Assembly: GCF_031769215.1 (NCBI RefSeq)
Contig: NW_026782156.1
Location: 62,001-126,000, forward strand
Length of the DNA stretch: 64,000 nt
DNA from: Ylistrum balloti
Lineage: Eukaryota
Direction of reading: 5' to 3'
Made by a program: the position numbers and the translations under genes. The first letter of the stretch is position 1, and every line of letters begins with the position of its first letter. Below are positions 24,128-36,300 of the stretch, one piece after another. Under the pieces are notes generated by a model. It had not been told where the DNA came from, did not search any database, and saw nothing but the letters and a program-made list of their open reading frames with translations.

Positions 24128-26816
24128 CATGACCTGTGAGATGAAGACATCCTGTTGGGAAGTTAAGGACAAGAATTACTTGTATGATGAAGACATCCAG
24201 TTGTGGAGTTAGGGACCAGAATGACTTGTGTAATGAAGACATCCCAGTTGTGGAGTTAGGGACAAGAATGACTTGTGTGATGAAGACTCCCAGTTGTTGA
24301 GTAAGGGACAAGGATAGCGTCTGGGATGAAGACATCCTATTGTGGAGTTTGGAACCAGAATGACTTGTGTGATGAAGACATCCTGTTGGGGAGTTAAGGA
24401 TCAGAATGACTTGTATGATGAAAACATCCTGTTGTGGAGTTAGGGACCAGAATGACATGTGTGATGAAGACATCCTGTTGTGGAGTTAAGGATCAGAATG
24501 ACTTGTGTGATGAAGACTCCCAGTTGTGGAGTCAAGGACAGGAATAACATGTGTGATGAAGACTCCCAGTTGTGGAGTTAGGGTCCAGAATGACTTGTGT
24601 GATGAAGACTCCCAGTTGTGGAGTTAGGGACCAGAATGACTTGTATGATGAAGACATCCTGTTGTGGAGCTAGGGACCAGAATGACTTGTATGATGAAGA
24701 CATCCAGTTGTGGAGTCTAGGACAGGAATGACCTGTGTGATGAAGACTCCCAGTTGTGGAGTTAGGGACCAGAATGACTTGTATGATGAAGACATCCTGT
24801 TGTGGAGCTAGGGACCAGAATGACTTGTATGATGAAGACATCCAGTTGTGGAGTCTAGGACAGGAATGACCTGTGTGATGAAGACTCCCAGTTGTGGAGT
24901 TAGGGACCAGAATGACTTGTTTGATGAAGAAATCCTGTTTTGGAGTTAGGGACAAGAATGACTTGTATGATGAAGACATCCAGTTGTGGAGTGAGGGTCC
25001 AGAATGGCTTGTGTGATGAAGACATCCAGTGGTGGAGTTAGGGACCAGAATACTTGTATGATGAAAACATCGAGTTGTGGAGTTAGGGACCAGAATGGCT
25101 TGTGTGATGAAGACTCCCAGTTGTGGAGTTAGGGACCAGAATGGCTTGTGTGATGAAGACATCCTGTTGTGGAGTTAGGGACCAGAATGACTTGTATGAT
25201 GAAGACATCCTGTTGGGGAGTCTAGGACAGGAATGACTTGTGTGATGAAGACATCCAATTATGGAGTTAGGGACCAGAATGACTTGTGTGATGAAGACAT
25301 CCTGTTGGGGAGTCTAGGACAGGAATGACTTGTGTGATGAAGATATCCCAGTTGTGGAGTTAGGGACCAGAATGACCTGTGTGATGAAGACATCCTGTTG
25401 TGGAGTTAAGGATCAGAATGACTTGTGTGATGAAGACACCCAGTTGTGGAGTCAAGGAAAGGAATAACATGTGTGATGAAGACTCCCAGTTGTGGAGTTA
25501 GGGTCCAGAATGACTTGTGTGATGAAGACTCCCAGTTGTGGAGTTAGGGACCAGAATGACTTGTATGATGAAGACATCCTGTTGTGGAGCTAGGGACCAG
25601 AATGACTTGTTTGATGAAGAAATCCTGTTTTGGAGTTAGGGACAAGAATGACTTGTATGATGAAGACATCCAGTTGTGGAGTGAGGGTCCAGAATGGCTT
25701 GTGTGATGAAGACATCCAGTGGTGGAGTTAGGGACCAGAATGACTTGTGTGATAAAGAAATCCTGTTTTGGAGTTAGGGACCAGAATGACTTGTATGATG
25801 AAAACATCGAGTTGTGGAGTTAGGGACCAGAATGGCTTGTGTGATGAAGACTCCCAGTTGTGGAGTTAGGGACCAGAATGGCTTGTGTGATGAAGACATC
25901 CTGTTGTGGAGTTAGGGACCAGAATGACTTGTATGATGAAGACATCCTGTTGTGGAGCTAGGGACCAGAATGACTTGTATGATGAAGACATCCAGTTGTG
26001 GAGTTAGGGACCAGAATGACTTGTGTGATGAAGACATCCTGTTGGGGAGTCTAGGACAGGAATGACTTGTGTGATGAAGATATCCCAGTTGTGGAGTTAG
26101 GGACCAGAATGACCTGTGTGATGAAGACATCCTGTTGTGGAGTCTAGGACAGGAATAACATGTGTGATGAAGACTCCCAGTTGTGGAGTTAGGGACAAGA
26201 ATGACTTGTGTGATGAAGACTCCCAGTTGTTGAGTAAGGGACAAGAATAGCGTCTGGGATGAAGACATCCTATTGTGGAGTTTGGGACCAGAATGACCTG
26301 TGTGATGAAGACATCCTGTTGTGGAGTCTAGGACAGGAATAACATGTGTGATGAAGACTCCCAGTTGTGGAGTTAGGGACAAGAATGACTTGTGTGATGA
26401 AGACTCCCACTTGTTGAGTAAGGAACAAGTATAGCGTCTGGGATGAAGACATCGTATTGTGGAGTTTGGGACTAGAATGACTTGTGTGATGAAGACATCC
26501 TGTTGTGGAGTCTAGGACAGGAATGACCTGTGTGATGAAGTCTCCCAGTTGTGGAGTTAGGGTCCAGAATGACTTGTGTGATGAAGACATCCTGTTGGGG
26601 AGTCTAGGACAGGAATGACTTGTGTGATGAAGATATCCCAGTTGTGGAGTTAGGGACCAGAATGACTTGTTTGATGAAGAAATCCTGTTTTGGAGTTAGG
26701 GACAAGAATGACTTGTATGATGAAGACATCCAGTTGTGGAGTGAGGGTCCAGAATGACTTGTGTGATAAAGAAATCCTGTTTTGGAGTTAGGGACCAGAA
26801 TGACTTGTGTGATGAA
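24128..26816. repeat. Minisatellite, about 46-nt unit gatgaagacatcctgttgtggagttagggaccagaatgacttgtgt, about 58 copies with block duplications
   Basis: Directly visible; diagnostic variant blocks recur (gaaatcctgttttgg near 24930, 25620, 26680; gagtaagg...tagcgtctggg near 24300, 26230, 26415). Confidence 0.95.
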
Positions 26817-29319
26817 TGCTTTTCATGTATAGAGTATAGGGCAGGAACTACGTGATGAAGACCTCAAGTTGTTGAATCATGAAACTTGCAAAGACATATC
26901 TTCATACTGATCACGGGGTATGCACGTAAGGAGATTTATACTAATTGTATGTCCATCAAATGTCTTGGACGGGATTTTAGTGTCCAGATATGAATTTATC
27001 ATAGCGCAGGGATCATGTCTGTTGCATGACGCACGTCTGGAGGAGCTACCATCCACATAATATTTACATTTACTCTCAGCTGTTATAAATTCCGTAGCAT
27101 CCAACATCACAGAACTAGCAACACATCTCATAACAAAATGACTAACTGGTTATAAATATGTGCATGAAAGTAGTCGTATTTTTAATACCATCACTTGTTA
27201 AAGTAGAAACCCTTCGAGTGCAATATTTTCCAATGCAAGGGGAATAACTCGAAATGGCTATGTGTACGACGTTGTATAGATAAAACATATTTTACACGAT
27301 ATTATGGCTTCTGAAGTCTACTGTCGATCATTTTTTAAAATCACAATATGTTTGATAATATTTGCAAAGGTTTTAAAAAGTTTATATTGAATCCCGGAAC
27401 ATCCTCAAGTGTTCTGTCATGATAAATGTTTACTTTGTTCTTGTTCACTTAGTCAGTTTGGATGACACTACTTTACAGGTTTACTGCTTTTTAGACCGTG
27501 TTTACAGGCAGTATCCGCTATCATATTTCCTAATTAAGGCACTTAAACAATTAAAATGTTTATATAATTTTCGCATATTTTCTGGGTTTATCCAAATTTA
27601 ACTACTTTCATTCTAAAGGGAACTGCAATATAATATTCTTCCTAGTGTTGCTAAGTGTTACAAGCAGTAAGGCTGTCATGTTGTTCTTATAATGATATCA
27701 GGCTGTGTGATTAGTTTCTATTAAGATATTCTTTTATCAAGATATTGAAATTACTTTCTAAAGGAGGAGCCCCCGTACAAAAGACTTTTCAGTCTGAAAT
27801 CGTGTATTTTTGCATTGCGTACACTAGCTCAATACAACATATCAGTGTATTACCACTATAAGCTCTATCCACAGAGGATGAGAAGCATTCTCAACGTTTC
27901 CGTTCGGTGTTGACGACCGAGAACCGGAACCGGAAATTGGTCTATGGCCTTGTGGCTGATAGCAAGGTGTATATATATGTAAAGTATTGTGTCTAAATTG
28001 ACCGACGTCAAAAATATACAGTCTGTTGTTCGAAATACAGACAATGGAGGATAATCTGGATATAACAGAAAACGTTTTGAAGGGGTTGCAGAGCAGGTTA
28101 ATGGCCTCAGAACCTCTAATTCAAAATGCAGGCTTCTTTTGATGTGATTTTTCTATGTACACACACGATAAATAAATAAGGATTAATCGCCTGGATGACA
28201 CCTAGCGTAATATCAGGTGTATCTCCTGAGATACTGTACGTAAACAGTTATCGTTCTACAAACTCTACTGTAAACAGCACCCAGTCTGTAACGAACATTA
28301 TTACCACTATATCTCGTTTTTTTCTTCTTCTTTTGTAAAAATAGACGAAGCCAGAGCAGTTGTGACTAGAGATAACACAGGAACTGCTAAAGATAACATC
28401 ATGACACAGAGAGAAAGCCTCCAAACTTGTGGTGTAGTGAAGTATGCGTGTTTATAACGTAACGATACTGCATGTTCACGTGCATCTGACAGGTAATGTA
28501 CGTGTACACTGAAGGAGGAGTGACGTTAGAGCATGGCGCTACCTCATTATGGCCGGCCTTGAGTTCCAAGCTCAGTCGAACAATAATGGGGATACCGTGC
28601 TGTGGGCTGATGAGGGAAACCTCCATCACAGGCCATTGTTAACAAGAACATCTTTATCTAAATCTGCTCTTATTACCGTTGACTCTCTTGCCAACCAGTA
28701 TGGTATAGTATGGTATGGTATATGAATATAGATTTGTAGAAAACGAGGCTTTCTTTTAATTTTTATCACCTGTCATACTGGACTGAAAATAGATCCCCAC
28801 GCTCATAATGTGAATTTTGTCGAGTATGATATGGAGATCAGAGTGAATCCTGCAAAAAGTGTGTTCCAGTTTCGCACGTGCCTGTGATGTTATCAGCACT
28901 GACAGTAGTCCAAGAAATGTCCAACAAGAAGCTGGAAACATCACAAATGTAACCAAAAATAGCGTTCTGCTATCGGGACATTACGGTACACGCCTGGTAT
29001 GTATCTACACAGGAACTACAGACTATGACTAATATTAAAGTAAACCAAACAAAACGACGGAATGCCTTCCAACAGAGACCAAAACAAATAATTATGGTGT
29101 CACTGGGTTAACCCTATCGACATTACTGTAAATAGACGTGAATTTACTCGCGGACTGGAAGAAGTGTGTGGAGGTTTATTGGGTGGAAACCAATTTGTTA
29201 TTTAAAGTATCATTAACCTTGATAGTTTATCTTTTGACAACAAATCAATCTCAAGCAAACACTTTCGATAAATAACAGAGAATGTTGTTTAAGTGTAAGC
29301 GGTCCACTTGCACTTGCGT

Positions 29320-29425
29320 TATTTTCAGGAATGGTGACGTGGACGAACGGAGGGACAGACAGACCCATTACAACGTAACAAAGTACAGTTGTCCTATCAC
29401 ACCAACGCAATACCCCGGATAGTGT
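29320..29425. mobile_element. Fragment resembling a bivalve non-autonomous Helentron/pearl-type element end
   Basis: ggacgaacggagggacagacagacccatta microsatellite-like motif typical of such elements; recognised from memory only. Confidence 0.3.
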
Positions 29426-29500
29426 CATGTTGTTATGTCCATGACAACTACATTGTCATGATGATATCACTGAAGTGTCATATCCAGCATTCGATGTAAT

Positions 29501-29527
29501 GACGACGACGACGACGACGACGACGAC

Positions 29528-29563
<36 letters not shown>
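29501..29563. repeat. Compound microsatellite (GAC)9(GAT)12
   Basis: Counted directly. Confidence 0.97.
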
Positions 29564-29564
<1 letters not shown>

Positions 29565-31023
29565 TTCCAATGTGTGGCATAACCAGTATATTTTTACATT
29601 TTAGGGAAAAAAACAAAAATATGGAAAAAACACCCAAAATATTTTGTAAAGTTATCACCACTACATTCAGTAATGCCATATTCCTTAAGCATTCCATACG
29701 ATGCAACACTCAATACACCACATGTCCAGTCCATCCGAAAACGTCTTGCAATTATATTTTATTAAGAGGTGTAAACATGAGACCAACAGTCTATTACAAT
29801 CAATCTGGCACCAGATTAACTGGTAAACCTGCTGGAGTTAATCAGACGATAAATACATTCATTCAGTTTGTTGTCTCGACCGTACTGACCAAGGGTCAAC
29901 AAGGTATCGTACTAATCTTAACAAGAAGTTCACTCATGTTTGATCAAAACGCCCGCTGTACATTATACACAAAACATGTGGGCAATTATTGCGTAAATCA
30001 ATCAAATTGGTCATAAACGCATTAATGTGATAAACAGCCATGACCCTGACGTGACCACGTGTCCAAGACATACCTAAATTAATTCCTCAAACACTATAAT
30101 CAACACATTGGAAAAACGATTCAATGTAAATATACAGAAGTAGAATTTCGGAAAACATAACTTTATTCTAAGACGTTTGACAGTATACCCTATATCGAAC
30201 CAACTTTTTGTGTTTACGAACTGAAGTTTGGAATTATTTGTCAGTTTAGCACTTTACTACAATGCAATAATGAGAGTCAGAACAATTAGATAGTTATTGA
30301 GAAGTTGACCCAAACCAAAATTGCGTTTCGACGAATTTCATCAATGTCCGTATTTTTATTTAACGCTTACCTAACAGGAAATTTTATTTCAGTCAGGTAC
30401 AACCAATGAGAAGGGATGATTATTGCGTGCATTACTGCATGACACGTTTTACTTAATCAAGGGTAAAACGTTTCGCCGAAAAATATATTTGAAATTCAAA
30501 CATTTCCATAATATTTAGTATTTCTGGGTTTATATGTGCATTTGACAGAAAATGTGAATTCATTTGAATATCGTTGACACGATCTGTAAAGATTTACATT
30601 TCACGTTTCGGTTAGATTTATTAATACTTTTCGTAGCCAAACGACCGATGGTTCTTTATAACTGCAGATCCATATTGAACTAACTTCCTGTTTCAGCTGT
30701 CACTGTAAGAATATTAAATTGATATCTTCTGTTTTTATTTTAACATTTTCATGTGCTGAATATACAATTGTATGACACGGAATAAGGCATAAGTTGCCAC
30801 AACTAAGAAACTTCCCCTGAAATACACTTTCACCTAATTACATATACTCCACACGTCTATGGTTGATACAAACTTGGCACTTCCTAAAAGCCGAGAACAA
30901 TGTAGATTGTGAAATGCCTGTTCATGGGTTCACTCCAATTGTTTATACATCGATTAACAAGAAAATTCATATATTTATGTATCATTGTATGAATGCAACG
31001 AAGTGTATGAGGCGAAGCGTTTA

Positions 31024-31068
31024 CGGAAGTGACGCAGGTTTCCGTCTTAAACCGGAAATCAGGTAAGC
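31024..31068 (+). promoter_or_regulatory. ETS-CRE composite motif followed by a candidate short first exon and splice donor (antisense to PKA-C)
   Basis: cggaagtgacgca at 31024-31036, a second ETS site accggaaat, then CAG|gtaagc at 31062/31063. Confidence 0.45.
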
Positions 31069-31155
31069 ACGAACAGGTCGTTTTGCTGTGAATTGTGTGG
31101 TATTATTATTACTATTCAGCACAGTTTTGTAACACGCGTCTCAAATCAATAATTT

Positions 31156-31210
31156 ATACGTTTGTTCTGTTTGTATAATTTGTTCTGTTTGTATAAGTTT
31201 GTTCTGTTTA
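31156..31210. repeat. Short tandem repeat, about 19-nt unit tttgttctgtttgtataa(g), x3
   Basis: Directly visible. Confidence 0.85.
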
Positions 31211-33266
31211 TGTCGATTACGTAAGGCCTAAATATATTTTTACTTCTGCACGAAGGCTTTAAAGCATCTTTTGTTCAAGATGTTTATTAATATCCAATCA
31301 AAAGGTCGAAAATTCTCCGCCCATTCTGCGATCATATAGGCAGTTCGCTGGCATTGTTGGTTTTTAAAATCTCTTCGAAGCTATAAAGAAGAGTATATAT
31401 TCAAACCAGTGACAGTTGAATTGCTGAAGCCAGGGAAGAGATAGAAAGCAAGCAATAAAGTAAAACAGTATTAATCAGCATTAAAAGTCCCAGTACTGAA
31501 TCAACAATAAATGTATCCGTTTTATTCGTAAGATATACAGTGTACATGAAATAGATCATGTTAACATATACATGGATACAATATAGCGATGTTCAGATTC
31601 TAGCAAATCATCCTTTTGTCTATCATGGACTTACCAACTCTGTTAAAAATAAAACGTTTTTTCATAGATATAGAAAAAAAATCTCAACATTATCGATTGA
31701 TCTTTTCTTGGTACAAAACAGTTAAAAACTTTACTTGCATAATAGAATGTCCAGGTTTTCATTTTCTCAAATTCACCATTGCTGGCCGGTCGCAAAAATG
31801 ATAATACAAATCGAAAATTTAAAAACAATTGACTCATAATAACAGAAAATGTTTCAGTCCTTATCTCTAATTTTCAGGTTAAAATATTTTGGTTAATATT
31901 TTAATTATATCAAAATGACACAAGGTGAATGTCACGTATATAGATAGACAAGTCTAGGGGACACTCGGACTAATAAATTGGACAGGATCCAGTTGTAATT
32001 GTCACAAAATGTGTTCAAGCATTAAGTATGAAGAGGTGCCGTCCTATATAGAGACAAGGTGCCAGCTATAGATCTGATAGCATCTGAGTAGCTGTTAACT
32101 CAATGTGTTGTGGCCTTGACACCAGTTGGCTACAGTTGAAACAATGACACACGAAAACCATGGCTCTTTAAAGAGATATGATGTTATCAGCGATCCAATG
32201 TTTCAAAGAGAACATTTCGAGCATTGTAATATAACTTTGTGGCACGTGTGTCCGACATGAACATGAACCGGAAAAAAATACTAGAATTTCGTTGTCGGTA
32301 AATGATATCGAGATTCTACAGTCTTGTATTAATTAAACTGGCAATGATCTGTACGGACTTTTAGATATCGTTTAATTGTTATCAATCGTAAAAGACTCTA
32401 GATGGGAATTACATTTTATTAGAAGAAAAAAACAGAAAATGATTTTCCGTTGAAATGGAAACTCAATTCGTAAACGTTATTGAAGGAAAGGTAATTTATG
32501 GTGGCCCCTCCCTTACAATTCTGCGGCTAACTTTAACCCTCTGTGATGTGATAGTATGATTATAATTAAGGACGTCACATCTTTATGTTTCATTCCATTT
32601 ACTGGCAACATTTTGCTCCACTATTTTACATCATATTTGTCTAATATGACGTGAGATATTGACATTGTGACAGCAATATTAAAGAACCGAATTTAAAAAA
32701 AACGTTTCTTCACAAAAATATTTATATTTGCAGGTGATATAAGTTTATACTGTTGAAAGAAACACGTTTTGAAGGACATAAATACAGAAGCATAGCAACA
32801 GATAATCCGCTTCATCAGGCTTTATAACATCACAAAAGTACAGGTGCTCGCTCATACCTTCCTTATCCGAGCTGCCACCCTACTATCATACATACAGGTA
32901 CAATTATAATGGTAAGCAACAGCAAATACGATGTAAACAGACTCACAAGCAAGCAAGGTACCATATTAAGTTACCTCTTTAATCTCGCCTATACCCTAGA
33001 CGATATTGATTTTAATCAATTAAACACCTGTCATAAACATATCGAATGAAATCAACTGTAGATTGCACAGGTGTATTCATTCCCACAGAAAAACCAACAT
33101 GTTTTAAACCAAGAGAACATGTTTTATACGAATCAACACATGAGAACATTTCAGTTCATTTAGTTCACTTATGTGCTATATGTGTTACTGTGTAAATACA
33201 TATACAGGATGCTGAAATGACACAATAGACTTAAAAGAATTCATTTAATAAAACAAAGGTACTTAC

Positions 33267-33315
33267 ATAGATCTTTGTCCTTGCTTCCGGATGATTTTTT
33301 AGAATTTTTACTCAT
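33267..33315 (-). CDS. Candidate alternative first exon of PKA-C: MSKNSKKSSGSKDKDL(F)
   Basis: caaaaATG, 49 nt ending in phase 1 at CTA T|gtaagt; basic/Ser-rich and similar in length to N1; joins exon 2 in frame. Confidence 0.55.
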
Positions 33316-36300
33316 TTTTGTTCCGTTTAAGTTTTATATATATATATTATCCAGACAAAATAATATCCCACGAGCACTTTGGAATGAAATCCCAGACGAA
33401 AACGTACAGGATGTAATGTTGTGTACTATTAGGGATCAAATCATGATTAGCCGTACTAGTGCAGGAGTGGTAATACACACCAGACGATAGGTTTAACGGT
33501 ACTACCCGGGTAGACGTGCCAAACATTTAAAAACCTTTCGTGGGGGCCAAACAAGGGACAATCGTCATACACACACAAAGCATAGCTGAGTAAAATATTG
33601 CTTTATACATGGTGCACAATAGTTTTGTCTCAGACTGAATGTTTAACTTATGATAATGTATGTAAATCTAAAGAACATATTCTGAGGAGTTTGTAATTGA
33701 AATGCCCCCCATATCCTCACTATATGGTACCCGTAAATTAGAGGCTTTGACAGGTCGGGGTTTTTCTCTGTATTTGATAATAGGTGATCATGTATATAAT
33801 TGCTTATCAGATTTACTTATCTATCATTCAGTATAACGATAACACAGGGGTTGGTGAACCGAAGATTTATTTCTTCCTGTTGCTATTGTTGTAGTTATCT
33901 CCCCTCTTTAATTTGTTTTTATTAATCAGAGAGTATTGAGTGTATAAATGATGTAAATAAACGCATTATCGAATTTCTTTAAAACTGTAAGCCAAACCTA
34001 TATTATCATTCAGTTTATGAGTTATCAAACATGGAACTTATTTTGGAGAAGATTGCTATGGCAGTAAGGTAGCATACATCCTTAAGTCAACCGATATCAA
34101 ACGCTGCCTTAATTAGGGTGTAATAGGTTTAGGCAGTCTACAGAAACAAGTCTTGTTCACAAGTGCCTGTGTGTCGTATTCCTGGTTGACACAATATATA
34201 TCATTGTATCAAGGTAGACGACAGAACCGCTCTGATTACTTAAAACAATGGGGAAAATCTTGTCGACATAAGAATTCTTCAACCTGTGTGATTATATAGA
34301 GAGGAACAAAACCATGGACTATCATTCTGTTAGCAAAACAACAATTGTGTGAGTTGAACTACTTTTAGAAATCCTGATTCTCCGACGTTTAAATATATGT
34401 CTTGATAAGACAATGGTATCGGTATTGGTCTATTGATAACATTGACAGTGTAGACTTATTTACCGTGAGCAATGGACAGCGCTTCGACGAATCGTGGTAA
34501 GGTCGTTATGCAGAAGACGCACAAATGAACGGAGTGTTACAGAATGACCTTGACCTACAGGTCATTTCACCTTTCTCTAAATATAGGACTGAGCTACATA
34601 TGTTACGTATGAGAGGACAGACAGAATTGTATAATCTTTTTAAACACGACCGATTCCAAGGATACAGTTTCTCATATAAATGCCGAGGAACCTTGAATGA
34701 AGGTTTTGAAAAAAATCGAAATAACATTATAGAACTGTTTCTGACCGAACATGTACTGAACAGACGGCAGTCTAAACCCTTGATTACGTTTTGTATTCAA
34801 TGTTGGACATGACGCTGTTGGCAATTCATACAGTTTACAACTGTATATCAACCTTATGTCTTAAACATGTCTGTAAAATATCGATTTCGCAATGTAAGTA
34901 AACACGCCACGAAAGAAAAAGGCGTGACAACGTTTATTGCATATGGGGACTTCGATCTCGATCTGACGCTATGGAGCAATCACAAACAATCACACTGCGT
35001 ACAATATCTACGGGTAGCGAGGTGTACCTAAGGTCATCATAAGGCAGGAACCCGTGCTTCAAACGCGTAAACAATATACAACAGAACGAGCATTAATATT
35101 GAAGTAGGATTAAAAATTTCAATTGAAACTTGAAAAGGTAGAAGAAAAAAGTATGGCCTTGAAATGGCATCACGAGCGTTTACCGTGTATTATACAGTGA
35201 CAAGACGAATGTTTTGGGATAGTCATGAATGTGTTAACGCAAATGGGTCTGATCCTTATTCGATTTAATCCCTTTATTGTTAAAAAGTATACTTTAATAA
35301 GTCTTCACACCAATCTGAACTGTTCATTATAAGAAGAACATGGTTCTCCGACAATCTAAATCACTTCAGCGATTGATTCACCTCTGTTATTGGAAACATA
35401 TTGTCAAGCTTCACATTGTCAAAAACCGACACCATTTGCGTTTATAGTAGTATGAACACAAAAAGTGCTGTATTTATTACCTCAAGTATACACATTGGAT
35501 ACTTTCATATACGTGGATTGTGACGTCATGAATGTGACTTTTCCAGTTGCATATTTCATTCCAAGGAAGAAATACCATCTTTCGACAAATTCAACATTTA
35601 CAGGATTCTATTCAATACACATACAACCTCTTGATCGAAAGTTTTAGTTTTCATTAATTTAGATAAAGATAAAACAAATTTCAGCCACATTATATATAAG
35701 AAACTTGTTTTGCATGTTGCAAATTCTGATACCAGTTGAAATCGTTTAAAATGATGATTTAGGGTTCCGGATAAGGTACACAGAATATAACCACCAACAT
35801 ACCAAATGCTTCAAATTGAGAATACGACAAGAGAGATAAACGGTAACGACTGATGGCGATAAAATCTTTCTAGAACGTGTCATTGTAAACGATTGTAAGA
35901 TGAATGCTTCTGCATCCTTAATGAATAGTAGTGATCTTGCATATGTCCCTTCCCTTAATCATCAATTTCAGATCCTCGTTAATGTAAATGGTCTTAGGTT
36001 CTATCTGTCCTGACATTGTTAAGGGGCCACGGGTATTTATGTCATATTGCTTCCATCCTCAAGTAAATTAGGAAATCCTTTTCTAATTATACATTATCTG
36101 TCGTACTATGGCACTAATGACGTCAGAAAGTAATAGGCATTCCACAGTCACAAGAATAGATCTCTGCCCCCTCCCCCCTCCAAAAAAACAAACAAACAAA
36201 CAAACACACAAACACACACTCTTATATCGGAAAGGTGCAGGCCGCCTAGCCTTCCTTCATCACCTGTGATTTTAAATCCTTGCAACGGCTTAAGTTATAT

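Noticed and set aside
24021-26590. Ser/His-rich minus-strand ORFs
   Set aside because: Produced by the 46-nt satellite; the peptide cycles through the three frames every three units.
26877-27131. ORF with a YYVDGSS motif resembling an RNase H first acidic motif
   Set aside because: No other RNase H or reverse transcriptase motifs nearby; it abuts a degenerate satellite unit.
31635-31665. Phase-1 candidate MKKRFIFNRV with a strong donor
   Set aside because: Weak Kozak context and low-complexity AT-rich codons; unresolved, worth including in a junction search but not supported enough to call.
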